64,000 nt of DNA. It comes from Naegleria gruberi (lineage: Eukaryota). The position numbers and the translations under genes were made by a program. Positions 1 through 10,864 of this stretch are shown in pieces. The first letter of the stretch is position 1, and every line of letters starts with the position of its first letter. The stretch lies in NCBI GenBank assembly GCA_000004985.1, contig GG738890.1; one strand, written 5' to 3'. A model generated the notes under the pieces. The model was not told where the DNA came from, ran no database searches, and saw only the letters and a program-made list of their open reading frames with translations.

Positions 1-195
1 CCTATAAATTTCCATTCTGCTCTTTATCAATTCCATTCCGAAGCGATTTAACAGTTCATCAACTTGTTCTTCATCTCTAGAAACTGAGAGAAAATACAGT
101 AAATAATACCGATCAGCAGAGCCGAGAAATTTAATCATCTCATTGAAACAATCATGTTGCTCTGAATACAACCGAGCAAGATGACAACTTGACAT
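1..195 (-). CDS. Partial CDS for a hypothetical protein. The 5' part runs off the left edge and the C-terminal portion lies outside the window. The visible peptide begins MSSCHLARLYSEQHDCFNEMIKFLGSADRYYLLYFLSVSRDEEQVDELLNRFGMELIKSRMEIY.
   Basis: Minus-strand ATG at 195..193 sits in an A-rich context (aaaaaaATGTCA). The frame stays open for 65 codons to the window edge. It is not in the ORF track because it is truncated. I recognise no domain. Confidence 0.3.
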   Translation of the reverse strand, partial: MSSCHLARLYSEQHDCFNEMIKFLGSADRYYLLYFLSVSRDEEQVDELLNRFGMELIKSRMEIYR

Positions 196-571
196 TTTTT
201 TAAAAGGCTGCAATTTTTGAAAAAAAATAATATTAATAAATTCAAATGATATTCTTAATGAGATCTTGCTTATCAAAGAAAGATCTGAAATTTAATAGTC
301 TATTAGCACATTGAATGAGTGATGTGTTCTTTACAAAAATTCAATAAATAAGGTCAATGGCGTTCCACCCCCATAAAAGGATCTTCGTGCCTCCACTTTC
401 CTTTATAAAAATCTGCTATCTCTGTGGTGCCCTTAATAGCCGCATCAAAACTGCAGAGTTTTTGATGAAAAGTAAAAAAAAACGAAAACTTCCCTCCACT
501 TCTGTTTCTCTGAGGTTTTATTTAACTGTAAATTAGTGTAAAATTTGTTAGTAGGTAGAGAACACAATCAT

Positions 572-2032
572 ATGATGAAGATGATGGAAAAGAAGAATAT
601 TGGTGTTGTGAGTATTGGTACCCGAGGTGATTTTCAACCATTCATTGCCTTTGCATTAGCTTTACAGGAAAGATTGCCCGAATCACAAGTTTACTTGATC
701 AGTAATTCAATCTATGATCAAGTTGCTGCTCAGATTATTCATGGTAGAAAATCAAAACTCTTATTCAGAGGTTTGAGTGGTAATCCGAGAGAGACCTTGG
801 ATCATCCAGAAACAAAGAAGGCCCTAAAGACTGGTGATTTGAGTAAGTTAGAATTAAACAAGCCAACGGAGGATTTGATTAAGAAGTGCATGGTCGACTT
901 GATAGATTTGAGCGTGAATCAAATCAAGTTTGATTGGTTTATTAGTGCTCCGATGACATTCCCTGTTGTGTGGATGCTTAGTGAAAAGTTTGAAATTCCA
1001 ATTGATTGTATTGCTTTGGTTCCTGATGCTCCAACTGAAGATTTCCCATTCTGTGTGGTTTCGGCTTCAAGTTTGGGAGCTGAACAAAATTTGGCAACCT
1101 ATGAAATGATTTACAGTGTTGGATTTCAAATGATGCAACACTTGTTCAATGAACAGAGAGAATTATTGGGACTCCCAAAGATGACTCAAAGTTGGAATAG
1201 CATGAGAGAAAAGCTCAATATGCCTCTCTTGTTTGCATGCTCTAAACATTGCTTTGATAATCAAAAACCATCCAAATATAGAGACAATGTTGAATTGACT
1301 GGATATTTAGAATTGAAATCTGAGGGAGAATCACTCTCTCAAGAATTGGAAGAGTTTTTACAAGTTGGCCAAGCTCCAATCTTTTTATCATTCGGTTCAA
1401 TGCCAGCACTCGATCCGTTCCAATTATTTGAATTGGCTCATGATGTACTTGTAAAACATGACTCGAAGAGAGTCGTCTTGTCCTGTGGCTGGACAAATAT
1501 TGATTCAATCTTTACAGATTTGAAGGAACATAAATATGAACAAGAACAATCCACAACCTTCTCTGAAGAGGAATCCACCAAATACGAATCAATTCTCTCC
1601 AATATGAGAGATTTAATCACAGAGAAGAGACTGCTAATTATTAAGGAAGCTCCATACTATTTGCTCTTCCCTAATTGTGCAGCCATAGCCCATCATTGTG
1701 GAGCTGGTACAACTGGAGCAGCTGTTGTAGCTGGAACACCACATTTACCAATTCCAATCTTCCTTGATCAACCATTCTGGGGACAAAGAATGTTCGATCT
1801 TGGTGTTGGTTCTTCTCCAATCTTGTTCAAGGATTTGACCAGTGACAAGTTAAACGAAGCAGTGAGTTATGTATTGGATGGAGAGAAGAGTGAATCTATC
1901 AGAAACAAGGCACTTGAAATTAAAGAACTCATAGAAAGAGATGAGGCTGATCCTTGTGAAATCAATGTCAATATTTGCTTGAAAAATTATTGTAATCATC
2001 CATTCATCGTTCCAAAACAAGAGCTCGAATAA
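572..2032 (+). CDS. GT1-family UDP-glycosyltransferase of the sterol or macrolide glucosyltransferase type
   Basis: The C-terminal UGT/PSPG-like signature is HHCGAGTTGAAVVAGTPHLPIPIFLDQPFWG. The N-terminal motif GVVSIGTRGDFQPF is typical of GT-B glycosyltransferases. The ORF-track start at 545 is a TTG; the first ATG is at 572 (MMKMMEKK). Confidence 0.75.
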   Translation: MMKMMEKKNIGVVSIGTRGDFQPFIAFALALQERLPESQVYLISNSIYDQVAAQIIHGRKSKLLFRGLSGNPRETLDHPETKKALKTGDLSKLELNKPTEDLIKKCMVDLIDLSVNQIKFDWFISAPMTFPVVWMLSEKFEIPIDCIALVPDAPTEDFPFCVVSASSLGAEQNLATYEMIYSVGFQMMQHLFNEQRELLGLPKMTQSWNSMREKLNMPLLFACSKHCFDNQKPSKYRDNVELTGYLELKSEGESLSQELEEFLQVGQAPIFLSFGSMPALDPFQLFELAHDVLVKHDSKRVVLSCGWTNIDSIFTDLKEHKYEQEQSTTFSEEESTKYESILSNMRDLITEKRLLIIKEAPYYLLFPNCAAIAHHCGAGTTGAAVVAGTPHLPIPIFLDQPFWGQRMFDLGVGSSPILFKDLTSDKLNEAVSYVLDGEKSESIRNKALEIKELIERDEADPCEINVNICLKNYCNHPFIVPKQELE

Positions 2033-2059
2033 ATCTTAAACTCTTTATACAATATGAAT

Positions 2060-3037
2060 TTAGAAAACTTTTGTCAATTTGAGAGCAATAGGAACACCTA
2101 CAGCCAATAAAATAGCTACAATTACAGTAAATATAACCACAACTGCAATGATAATGTAAAGACATTTTCTACTTGTCTTTTGAACCTTTCTGGCAGTCTT
2201 AATATCCTTAATACCCTTTTCTACATATTCTACAGTACAAGCACAGTTATATTCAATATTATCCAGTAATTCATCTTGTTGTTCAACTAACATGGCAAAA
2301 TCCATAAACATGGAGTGTAATTGTCTCAGAGAGTGTTCAATTTGTTTCAAATCATCGTGTGTTTCAGAAGCTTCATTATAGTAGGCATCGAGTGTGGCAG
2401 ATTGTGATGAGGTCAGACCATCCATCGATTGTTGAACCAAGTCAGCAGGATTCAGTGTACTCTTGTCTGCCATTTCATCGACAACTCTATCCAATTCTTC
2501 ACCACTTGCACCTCCACTTGATGAATTGACAATTTTCAAAATACGTTTCAATCTATTCTTGTAATTAGATTTGAATTGTTGTTGTAAATCTTGATAAGTA
2601 TTCAAAGTATCAATAAATTCCTTTGTCAGGAGAGCATGTTGTTGCTTTCTAATTCTAATTACAGGTGAATTTGCTTCTTCCTTTTCCAATTCCATTGTTC
2701 TTTCATTCATAGTTCTCAAATCTGTTTGAATTTTTTGAACATTTCTTCCAGTTTCGTCAATTAGCATCTTTTGACGTCTCTTTAATGTTTTTTGCTCTTC
2801 TGCAATAGTTGCCGATAAATATTGATTGTAAAGTTTTTGTAATTCTGTCAATTTAGTTTCTGTTTGTGCAATATTATCTTTAATATCTTGAACTTCTGCA
2901 TAGTATTCTTCCATAAATTTTCCCAACTCTCTAGTTTCGGATGAGTGAGCATCAGAAGATTCTCTATTTTCCATTTCAACATCCAATGATGAATATTGTG
3001 GACGACGCGATAATTCATTAATTCTGTCAATGACCAT
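2060..3037 (-). CDS. Syntaxin (Qa-SNARE / t-SNARE) with a C-terminal transmembrane anchor
   Basis: It has an N-terminal coiled-coil (Habc-like) region. The SNARE motif reads ...HDDLKQIEHSLRQLHSMFMDFAMLVEQQDELLDNIEYN... with a central Gln. KTARK is followed by the hydrophobic tail LYIIIAVVVIFTVIVAILLAV. ATG at 3037..3035. Confidence 0.8.
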   Translation of the reverse strand: MVIDRINELSRRPQYSSLDVEMENRESSDAHSSETRELGKFMEEYYAEVQDIKDNIAQTETKLTELQKLYNQYLSATIAEEQKTLKRRQKMLIDETGRNVQKIQTDLRTMNERTMELEKEEANSPVIRIRKQQHALLTKEFIDTLNTYQDLQQQFKSNYKNRLKRILKIVNSSSGGASGEELDRVVDEMADKSTLNPADLVQQSMDGLTSSQSATLDAYYNEASETHDDLKQIEHSLRQLHSMFMDFAMLVEQQDELLDNIEYNCACTVEYVEKGIKDIKTARKVQKTSRKCLYIIIAVVVIFTVIVAILLAVGVPIALKLTKVF

Positions 3038-3686
3038 TTTCTCTACTAGTTTCGAATATTAGTGTATTTTCTGTAAGTAGTAGTAACAGAAAGGTTGATT
3101 ATTTTAAATATTGGAAAGTTGATTATACTAACAAGTGTGATGATGAGAATGATTTTGTTGTTGATGATGTATTTGTTTTGTAGTTGTTGATTAGAGGAGG
3201 ATTAAAAATGTATTCGAAACCAACAGGTGCGATTTGGAATTAGTTTCGAATAAAATCCAATGATACAAACCTATTAAATTTTGATGTTGTTTGTTGTGTT
3301 CGATTTTCAAATTGATACAACGGATATTAATGTTTTTGCTTGCTGATGGCAAGGAGACGTTTTTTCTTTTTTTTAAATTTAAATATTGAATGTCGCTTGT
3401 CATAGATTATCAGTAACGTTCATCAACACCATAAGAAAGGAAGTTGTTCTAATCCTGTTTGATGTTCGAAAACAGAAGAAATAAGAGAACTTAGAATAAA
3501 TAAATTTTATTCTCAAAATTTTACAAAATATTGAAATTTAGATAATAATTGACATCTAAATGCAAAATCAAAGATGTTCTTCCCTTTCGAGAATGTATGA
3601 ACCAAACTTTGACTTTTTTTCAAAAAAGTGAAAGAGCTCTTGCGAAGAAACACTTTCACTTTTGAATTATTTCATTCATTGATGAT

Positions 3687-5303
3687 CTACTCTTCAATAG
3701 ATTCCATTCTGTGAGCAAATGAATTAGTATCATCGAATAACTCATCAGTGGTGGCAATTGTTGATTGAGGAAGGCAGACTTGGGCAAAATAGCTTTCATC
3801 TTGCTTTTGGTCAATGAGAGAAACATCCCTGTCAATAGCGTATGTCATGGCATATTCAGTTAATTCTTCATCGTTCATTCCTTGTTCATCAATGTTAATA
3901 ATATATTCAAAGAGTTCTCTATTGGTGAGGATGGAATTTAATCCTTGCTTTTGGAAGAATTCATTAACGTGTTGACAATCATTCTTGAGGAAAGACTTGG
4001 CATTCATGTGATGAGATTCAACTGATTGAGAAACATCAATAAAGTAAACTTCTCCGTGAAGATAGAGGATATTGTACTCACTCAAGTCAGAGTGAATCAA
4101 GTGAGCCTTTTGGTACATCTTTCTCATGTTGAGAATGACCTTCTTGTAAGCTCCTAGAAGTTTTTCCATTGAAGTAAAGTTTACATCTCTCAAACTTGGT
4201 GCTGGGAATCCTTGTTTTCCAATAAAGCTCATTAAAATAACGTGATCCTTGAGGAGATAAGGAGTTGGGCAACTGACACCAGCATCTTGAAGTTTCTTTA
4301 AATTTCTCATTTCCTTTTCAGCATACTTTTTAACATTCTTTTGGCTGTTTGTCTTTAACTTGTCCTTGAAACGATGTTCAGAATTTTGATATTCTTCTCT
4401 TCTACGGAATGAAACTCCAACAATTTTGAAAATCTTGATACAGTAATCAATTTCTGCACCAGTAGTTTCTCCAGTGACAACATCCAAGCATCCAACAGCA
4501 TGATAAACATGAGATTCCTTACCACTAGAAACACATCCATCCATTCTAGTGATAATTCCAGAATTCATCAACTTGTACAAAATCATTGATGTTCTGTGAT
4601 CCATAACCTTATCGGAAGTACTTTGATCAGTCTTGTCAACAGTACGAATTCTTTGAATTGTTTCCTTCTTATTTCTTCTAGAACTAAATTGTTGAGCACT
4701 GGCATCTTTCAATTGACCTTGGAATACTTTAGTATCTGCCTTCATAATGGCATCAATACGATCACCTCCAAGTCCCAAACTATTAGCATTTGAAATATAG
4801 GAAACATCATACATTGATTCCATAGCATATTCTTCATCAAGAGTTAAATCTTCATCTCCACGAATATTTTCCAAATCTTCTTCATCGGAATAATCAGAGT
4901 CATATTCTGGAGCAATATATTGTGCATTGGAAACACCTCCACCTCCAATCACAATAGCAACCTTGGAATTTTCTTCTTCTTGTAAAATTCTAGCCAATTC
5001 TTCATCAGTCAAATTTTCAAAAGATTCCTTCTCCGAGCTGCTTTCTTCTTGTTGAGATGCTTCAGATGAATTAGCTGCTTGTTCTTGAGAGTTTTGTCTA
5101 GCAGCCTCTTCCTCTGCTTGAATTTGTTCCAAAATCAAACGTTGTTGTTCAACATCAATTTCATCCAAACAAAAATCTTGTTCATAGGCAGCAGTGCTAG
5201 TAGTAGTTTGTGATTGGAATTCAGACAAGGAAATTCCCTTCTTCTTCTTCTGAGAGGCACCATTATTTTGGCCCTTCTTTTGTCCCTTGTTCTTATTACT
5301 CAT
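3687..5303 (-). CDS. rio1: RIO-type atypical Ser/Thr kinase (RIO1-like) with an acidic Ser/Gln-rich N-terminal extension
   Basis: RIO domain motifs are present: the ATP-binding loop GCVSSGKESHVYHA, the catalytic and metal-binding region LIHSDLSEYNILYLHGEVYFIDVSQSVE, and the surrounding KIFKIVG / KYAEKEMRNLKKL blocks typical of Rio1. ATG at 5303. Confidence 0.8.
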   Translation of the reverse strand: MSNKNKGQKKGQNNGASQKKKKGISLSEFQSQTTTSTAAYEQDFCLDEIDVEQQRLILEQIQAEEEAARQNSQEQAANSSEASQQEESSSEKESFENLTDEELARILQEEENSKVAIVIGGGGVSNAQYIAPEYDSDYSDEEDLENIRGDEDLTLDEEYAMESMYDVSYISNANSLGLGGDRIDAIMKADTKVFQGQLKDASAQQFSSRRNKKETIQRIRTVDKTDQSTSDKVMDHRTSMILYKLMNSGIITRMDGCVSSGKESHVYHAVGCLDVVTGETTGAEIDYCIKIFKIVGVSFRRREEYQNSEHRFKDKLKTNSQKNVKKYAEKEMRNLKKLQDAGVSCPTPYLLKDHVILMSFIGKQGFPAPSLRDVNFTSMEKLLGAYKKVILNMRKMYQKAHLIHSDLSEYNILYLHGEVYFIDVSQSVESHHMNAKSFLKNDCQHVNEFFQKQGLNSILTNRELFEYIINIDEQGMNDEELTEYAMTYAIDRDVSLIDQKQDESYFAQVCLPQSTIATTDELFDDTNSFAHRMESIEE

Positions 5304-5534
5304 CGGTCAGGAGGTGAAAATCAAATTCTAAATTCTGTGATGAATGATTTAATTTTTTAGCTTTTTTTTTTCCAAATCTATTTTTAATTTCAAATTCAAT
5401 ATTTCCTTCGAATTGTAACTTTTGAGTGTGTCAAGGTGAGAATTGAAGTAAAGGTTGAAAATGATAAAACAATGCAACATGAAATAGGTATGGGAGGTTT
5501 CATAAATGAAATAAATTAAATGATGTTTCATATA

Positions 5535-6785
5535 TTAAAATGTACAGGAGAGAGAAACTGCATAATGATCTGAAAGTTGAGTGCAAGGCATGGATTCGGT
5601 AATTTTCTCTAATGGTCGAAAGAATGGTTCAATGCAACAATTCTGCACAGAAAGTGTTGGGATTTGAAGGGATGATTCAACTAGAAAGATATAGTCGAGT
5701 CTTTCCTTAGTGATGAGAGTTTCTGGATTGGTGAGAATGACCTCTCTTGGTTTCTCTGTTCCATTCTCCACAATGAAATCTCCAAAAGAAATTGGATGAT
5801 TGCCTTGTTTCTCCAATACTAGATCTGTAATTGAAAGTTTGGATTCTGATTCACCCTTCCTTTCTGATAATTCCTTTACAATGGATGTATATTCATCAGA
5901 TATGTGAGAACCTTGAAGAGGGGAAATGTCGAGAGGATATTGTTTTTTCAAAGCTTCTAATGCTTCATTATTGTTAATTTCATTAAGACGATCCATCATC
6001 CAATTGTACCATTCTGGCTTATTTCTGGCATCGATATTGAAATCACCACAAACCAATGCTGAAACTCCACTGAATTGTTTCATCTTTCTGTGAATGAAAA
6101 TTGCCATTTCACTCACTTGAGATTGTTGAATTTTCCAATAGCTTTCGTCCTTCAAATCATAATTAGCCTGAGTGTGAGTATTGAATATGAGGAGATATTT
6201 CTTCTCCTGTGAATCCTTCTTTGAAATATCCAGCAAGACACTCAAAACTCCCTTTGTGGTATATCCATCAATATTCGATCCTTGTGAAAATATGAAAGAA
6301 TCTCTTTCAACAATTTGAAAACGACTCATAATAACCAATCCAGAATCAATTGGTTTCAACTTCCAAGTATTTCTCGACAAGTGCACATGTTCAAAATCCG
6401 AAAATTCCTTCAATAATTTACTCAATCGATTACTTGCTGTCGAAAATAATTCCTGTAAGCAAATAATATCAAAATTGTCCTCCTTCATCTTGATAATCAA
6501 CTCATCCAATCGTGCATCTTTATAATCACTCTTATTTGTCTTGACAATTGGTCTCATAAACACATTGTAGGATAGTAATTTTAAATCCATGAAGGCTCCT
6601 TGTTTAATGTCGGAGGAATTTCCTTCTTGATAATTATTCTTATCGGAGTAGGATTTTATTTTTCCACTCTCTTCCTCCTCATCAACAACTCTTGCAGCAA
6701 TAATAGAATGATCATCCTCACTTGTTCCCAATTGCAAATCATTCACCTCAGAAATAATTGGTTGTTGCTCATTCGAGTTTTGCAT
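5535..6785 (-). CDS. Endonuclease/exonuclease/phosphatase (EEP) family phosphodiesterase, possibly a neutral sphingomyelinase or CCR4/nocturnin-like enzyme
   Basis: EEP catalytic motifs are LKLLSYNVFMRP, DIICLQELF, NTHTQANYD, GDFNI and the terminal SDHYAV. The track start at 6821 is a TTG. The first ATG is at 6785..6783 (MQNSNEQQ) in an A-rich context. Confidence 0.65.
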   Translation of the reverse strand: MQNSNEQQPIISEVNDLQLGTSEDDHSIIAARVVDEEEESGKIKSYSDKNNYQEGNSSDIKQGAFMDLKLLSYNVFMRPIVKTNKSDYKDARLDELIIKMKEDNFDIICLQELFSTASNRLSKLLKEFSDFEHVHLSRNTWKLKPIDSGLVIMSRFQIVERDSFIFSQGSNIDGYTTKGVLSVLLDISKKDSQEKKYLLIFNTHTQANYDLKDESYWKIQQSQVSEMAIFIHRKMKQFSGVSALVCGDFNIDARNKPEWYNWMMDRLNEINNNEALEALKKQYPLDISPLQGSHISDEYTSIVKELSERKGESESKLSITDLVLEKQGNHPISFGDFIVENGTEKPREVILTNPETLITKERLDYIFLVESSLQIPTLSVQNCCIEPFFRPLEKITESMPCTQLSDHYAVSLSCTF

Positions 6786-6982
6786 TTTTTTTAATTTTTG
6801 TAAAAATTGCAAATTATCCAAAAAAGTTATTTTTATATTTGGATGGAAAATGGAGTTATCTGGATAACAGGAAGGAAGATTAAGAACAAAAATGTTAGAT
6901 CTTGTGAGAATGGAAATATTTTAATTTATTTATTAAATCAATTTCAATTTTTTCAATAATTCTTTTTGGAGATTAGTTTACT

Positions 6983-7381
6983 TTAAACATCAACATCTCT
7001 AACGAAAACTCTTTCGGCCAATTGTCTTCCATTGAACAAACTATCCTTATCATTCTTTGTCAACCAAATTCTTGAATCCAAAAGCTTAAATCCATGATTG
7101 GCCAACAATGTCCACAATGTCCATGAACCAACAGTCATTGGTGAGGAAGAAATAATTTTAGTATTATTAACCCATTCAATTTCATGACCAATCAACAATG
7201 TAAGATTAACTGATCCGAATGGAATCTTGGAAACAACATCACCCTTTGCTAATCCACTTGGATAGTCAACCTTGAAGAGTTGTTTAAAAATTTCAGGTGA
7301 AGTTTTAAGAGTGCTGTGGACATCAAAGGAGTCAGATGTGGTGGCGATCACTTCCTTGACAATGACAAATTCTTGTGGCAT
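6983..7381 (-). CDS. Hypothetical small protein of about 132 aa, with no confidently recognised domain
   Basis: The ORF-track N-terminus (MINQMKIVEQPSNPIKKKQKSK) is translated A-rich leader. The ATG at 7381..7379 (MPQEFVIVKEVI) has the typical aaaaATG context. The protein is compact and globular-looking. Confidence 0.4.
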   Translation of the reverse strand: MPQEFVIVKEVIATTSDSFDVHSTLKTSPEIFKQLFKVDYPSGLAKGDVVSKIPFGSVNLTLLIGHEIEWVNNTKIISSSPMTVGSWTLWTLLANHGFKLLDSRIWLTKNDKDSLFNGRQLAERVFVRDVDV

Positions 7382-8082
7382 TTTCGATTTTTGTTTTTTT
7401 TTTATTGGATTTGATGGTTGTTCAACTATTTTCATCTGATTGATCAAATAATGTGATAAAGAGTGTTACATGAAAAAGATGACAGGCAAATCTTTCGGAA
7501 GAACTCTACTGATCTTGCCTTTAGGAGTTGTTTTGGGTAAATGAGAACCTTAGCTCTGAAAAAGTTGTAGTTACTATCCAACTGTTAACAGTTGTGCAGT
7601 AAATTCCTCAAGTTGCATATAAAAAATAAACCCAGATAACGCAGAAATCATGTTTGCTTTGAAAATGTTTATGATGTTTATTTATGAAATAATTGTAAAG
7701 CAATCTTTCTTTGATTTTGATTTAATGAACCCTATCATTCGAATATATTGTTATTCAATTTCTAATAACATAAGTAACTACAGTTTTTCAGAAGAATCAT
7801 TTAACCTTTCAATGTTAAAACAAATTTCTGAAGCATCACCCATAAATAGTGGTTCCCCACCACATTAAGACAAAAATTCACAATTTCAAGTATTCGTTAC
7901 TCAAATTCTAAACATCCTCTCAAAAAACAACCGCCTTCAATAACAAAAAAAAAAACTCATCACACAGTCTTCGTTCAGTTCCATAGTTTCCTCTGAACAC
8001 AACTCGTCATTATCAAATATATATAAAAATTTGCAAAAACACAACAAACTGAAAATTTCACAATTTTAGAAGAAAAAGAAAA

Positions 8083-10782
8083 ATGATTAGTGAATTGATG
8101 AATAAGCAATTTCTGGTCATTGACGAGACTGATATTGCCAATATAAAAATCAATAATGATAAATCGAAAGGATCATCCTCTCCCAATACTCACTCTCGGT
8201 CAACTAGTGGTGGTTTGGCAATTTTAGCTCCGAATTCACCACCTTCTCTGACTCCATTGAGTACTTCACCTTCTCATGGAAATGGATCCCCGAGTAGGTT
8301 TTCAGGACATAGGAGAGGATCATCACTTTCGAAAGGTCAATTGGAAATTAGAAAGGTTTATGAAAAGATTTCGAATAGTCCAATTTTTAATGTGAAGGAT
8401 AAAGTTTTGGAAAAGAATCAGAAGGCTATTCAATTGTCAAATGATGAATCTCTATTGGCACTCTATTTTAATGATTGGTTGGAAGTTATGGAAGAACAAT
8501 GTGATTCCCATCATTGTAATCAACATGGAAAATCAATCATGGTTAAGAAGAAGGATCATTTTCATGTTAAATTCACAATGTATGATATGGATGATTATCC
8601 ATTTTACTTTCCTTTGAATTTGTTGGATGATGGAAGATTACACGATGATTTTGTCAAGTTTAGTGTTACCTTTTTCATTCCTTCAATTAAGGAAAGAGAG
8701 AAGACATTTCTATTTTTGGAAGATGGGTTAGTACACAAGGTGGAAAGATCAGATTTTAAATTGTCAAGTGAAGGAGCTTTGAATTATAAGAGTGCATCCA
8801 TTGTGATTCGTGAACATTCGGATAAGTGTAAGATTTTGAAGAAATTGAAAAAGATTTGTAAAGTCATTCAAGAGTTCAATATTGACAAGACATTCCACAT
8901 GAATAATAAGGGTGGTTCCTTCTTCTTTTGTAGAAAGATTGCCAAGATTTTCTCAGAGGAAGGAAATTTAAAATCATCCCTTTCAGATAACATTAAGAAA
9001 CTCTTCAAATTGTGGAAAGAAAGTGCTGATAAGAAGAAGGAAGATGAGGAGCATTTAGATGATTTCTATCATGACCCATTCTACAGTAAGAATGAACACG
9101 TTCCAATGGATGATTTGTCAAATTTAGTCAAAAAGGCAACACAAACTATTCCAGAAAAGGTAAAGTCAAATGCTATTCATCCATCTGCCTATGAAATTAT
9201 CAATGAAAAGATAATGACAACATCCTCCATGATGGCCAATGGAAAGGATACATTCCCTTTATTCGAATTTCACTTACCAAAAAAGGGACACTTCCATTTT
9301 GAAAGTTACTCTCAATTCAATGAATTTCTCTATGAACATTTCCAAAATGAGGAAGGATTGGAAAAATTGAAGAAACAACATCCTATGGATTATCTCTATC
9401 TCAAAATTTTGGATAGAAAATTGTGGTGTTGTAAGATTGCTACAGGATTATTTGATCCTCTCATTTCCAAACCTTACTTGTTCAATATTGGATCGAGAAA
9501 ACCATTCTTTTCCATTCCAATATCTTTGAAGGAATATTTTGGAAATGCTGAATCTGTTCAAATTGATTATACCAAACTGAAAGAATCCAAACAAGGAAAA
9601 ACTGTAAAAGTTCTATGTTTGGATGGTGGAGGTATGAGAGGTCTGTGTATTATAGAACAATTAATTGCTATGGAACAAAAAACTGGAAAGAAAATTAATG
9701 AACTCTTTGACCTAGTGTGTGGAACGAGTACAGGTGGAATTATTTCATTCTTCATTGAGGCAGGATATTCAATGGAGGAGGTAAAAGCCAAGTACATGCT
9801 GATGGGAAGAGATATTTTCAATATTAAGAGCAAATTCTCAAACATGAAGAAGGCTTTTAATTTTTTGAGAGGCAAGAGTTGGTACGAAACTAAAATTATT
9901 GAAAAGTACTTTAAAGAAGAAACTGGCAGAATGGATTTGTATAGTGCAACCAATACTAGACCTTTCGTATTTGTGTGTGGTACCATCAAACCAGAGAAGG
10001 TGAAAGAACCAGGGTCTGTTGTCTCATCCAAGTTTGTTGAGCAATTCCCATATATTTTCAGAACTTATCCTAATCCTTTCCTCTCCACTAAAGAATTATC
10101 AGACAAGATATTGGATCCATATCTTGACTTTTTACCAAAGAATGAATATGATGACATCTTTTATTCGGGAACTACTACAGGACGTGGTGTGAAAATTGTT
10201 GAAAGTTTGAGAGCTACTACAGCTGCTCCAATCTTTTTCGATCCAACCATTATTGGAAATGACCACTTCACTGATGGTGGTATTGTAGCCAATAATCCAT
10301 CTGCCATTGCATTGAATGAAGTTATGAGAATGTACATGGGACATTCCTCCTTTATCTTTGTATCTTTAGGAACTGGTAAGAAGAGAAGAAAAGTTTTTGA
10401 TTCTGAAAGTATTGATATGAGTTCTACCGCTTCTTCAAAGAAGGGTTCTTCCTTCTCATCGACCTCTTCTGCGGACAATATCAGTGAGAGAAGTTTTGTG
10501 GAAAATTTAATTATCACTGCATCAGATCTCAAACTATTGATTGATTTGGTCATTTCCTCTGAGAGAATTCATGCTCAAATGTTGACCACTGTTAAATTAT
10601 TGAACGAGAGAGATGTTAATGCAAATATCAGCTATTATCGATTTGATCCAGAAGATTTGGGTCAATATGATTTGGATTGCATTCTTCCAGAAGTAATTGA
10701 AAAATATGAGAAGACAACCAGAGAATACATTCTCTCGCAACCAGACTTTGATGTCGTTTGTAAGAGATTATTAGATCCTTAA
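8083..10782 (+). CDS. Patatin-like phospholipase (iPLA2-like) with a long Ser-rich N-terminal region
   Basis: Patatin-domain motifs are the oxyanion hole VLCLDGGGMRG, the GXSXG nucleophile elbow VCGTSTGGI, and the catalytic Asp in FTDGGIVANNPS. ATG at 8083 in an A-rich context. It is a single 899-aa exon. Confidence 0.8.
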   Translation: MISELMNKQFLVIDETDIANIKINNDKSKGSSSPNTHSRSTSGGLAILAPNSPPSLTPLSTSPSHGNGSPSRFSGHRRGSSLSKGQLEIRKVYEKISNSPIFNVKDKVLEKNQKAIQLSNDESLLALYFNDWLEVMEEQCDSHHCNQHGKSIMVKKKDHFHVKFTMYDMDDYPFYFPLNLLDDGRLHDDFVKFSVTFFIPSIKEREKTFLFLEDGLVHKVERSDFKLSSEGALNYKSASIVIREHSDKCKILKKLKKICKVIQEFNIDKTFHMNNKGGSFFFCRKIAKIFSEEGNLKSSLSDNIKKLFKLWKESADKKKEDEEHLDDFYHDPFYSKNEHVPMDDLSNLVKKATQTIPEKVKSNAIHPSAYEIINEKIMTTSSMMANGKDTFPLFEFHLPKKGHFHFESYSQFNEFLYEHFQNEEGLEKLKKQHPMDYLYLKILDRKLWCCKIATGLFDPLISKPYLFNIGSRKPFFSIPISLKEYFGNAESVQIDYTKLKESKQGKTVKVLCLDGGGMRGLCIIEQLIAMEQKTGKKINELFDLVCGTSTGGIISFFIEAGYSMEEVKAKYMLMGRDIFNIKSKFSNMKKAFNFLRGKSWYETKIIEKYFKEETGRMDLYSATNTRPFVFVCGTIKPEKVKEPGSVVSSKFVEQFPYIFRTYPNPFLSTKELSDKILDPYLDFLPKNEYDDIFYSGTTTGRGVKIVESLRATTAAPIFFDPTIIGNDHFTDGGIVANNPSAIALNEVMRMYMGHSSFIFVSLGTGKKRRKVFDSESIDMSSTASSKKGSSFSSTSSADNISERSFVENLIITASDLKLLIDLVISSERIHAQMLTTVKLLNERDVNANISYYRFDPEDLGQYDLDCILPEVIEKYEKTTREYILSQPDFDVVCKRLLDP

Positions 10783-10864
10783 TAAATAAATTAATATTTC
10801 TTTCATTACACTTATCATGGCTTTTTTGAGGATTTAATTAAGGATTTAATTACAAGAAATTTAT

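Noticed and set aside
3191-3403. Small intergenic ORFs at 3191..3403, 5349..5531, 7650..7868, 14487..14735, 15854..16202, 17610..17801, 24121..24318 and 25805..26086
   Set aside because: They are 60-95 aa, low-complexity, lie in AT-rich intergenic DNA, and lack start context and similarity. They are most likely chance ORFs. 15854..16202 lies in the GC-richer block flagged separately.
7838-7845. ACCCATAA, a match to the dictyostelid DUSE ncRNA-promoter consensus [A/T]CCCA[C/T]AA, about 240 bp upstream of the patatin-like gene
   Set aside because: An 8-mer of this degeneracy is expected several times by chance in 128 kb of two-strand sequence. No snRNA-like or class-I-RNA-like structure lies about 60 nt downstream. 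A similar hit at about 28985 is inside coding sequence.
9567-10553. Antisense or overlapping short ORFs inside large genes: 1242..1620, 2848..3030, 4087..4793, 6600..6794, 9567..10553, 10815..11333, 12312..12620, 13804..14025, 16989..17288, 18562..18822, 19414..19596, 19873..20161, 21262..21486, 22078..22320, 23359..23866, 25030..25391, 27069..30328, 31872..32884, 33321..33712, 34440..40895, 43839..44027, 44500..44715, 46297..46694, 47574..47780, 48412..48818, 49199..49492, 49824..51393, 51935..52363, 52852..53061, 54269..55461, 57398..58475, 59028..60175, 60844..61035 and 62109..63098
   Set aside because: All lie on the opposite strand or in an alternative frame of a longer ORF with recognisable domains. 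They are the expected background of stop-free runs in compositionally biased coding DNA.
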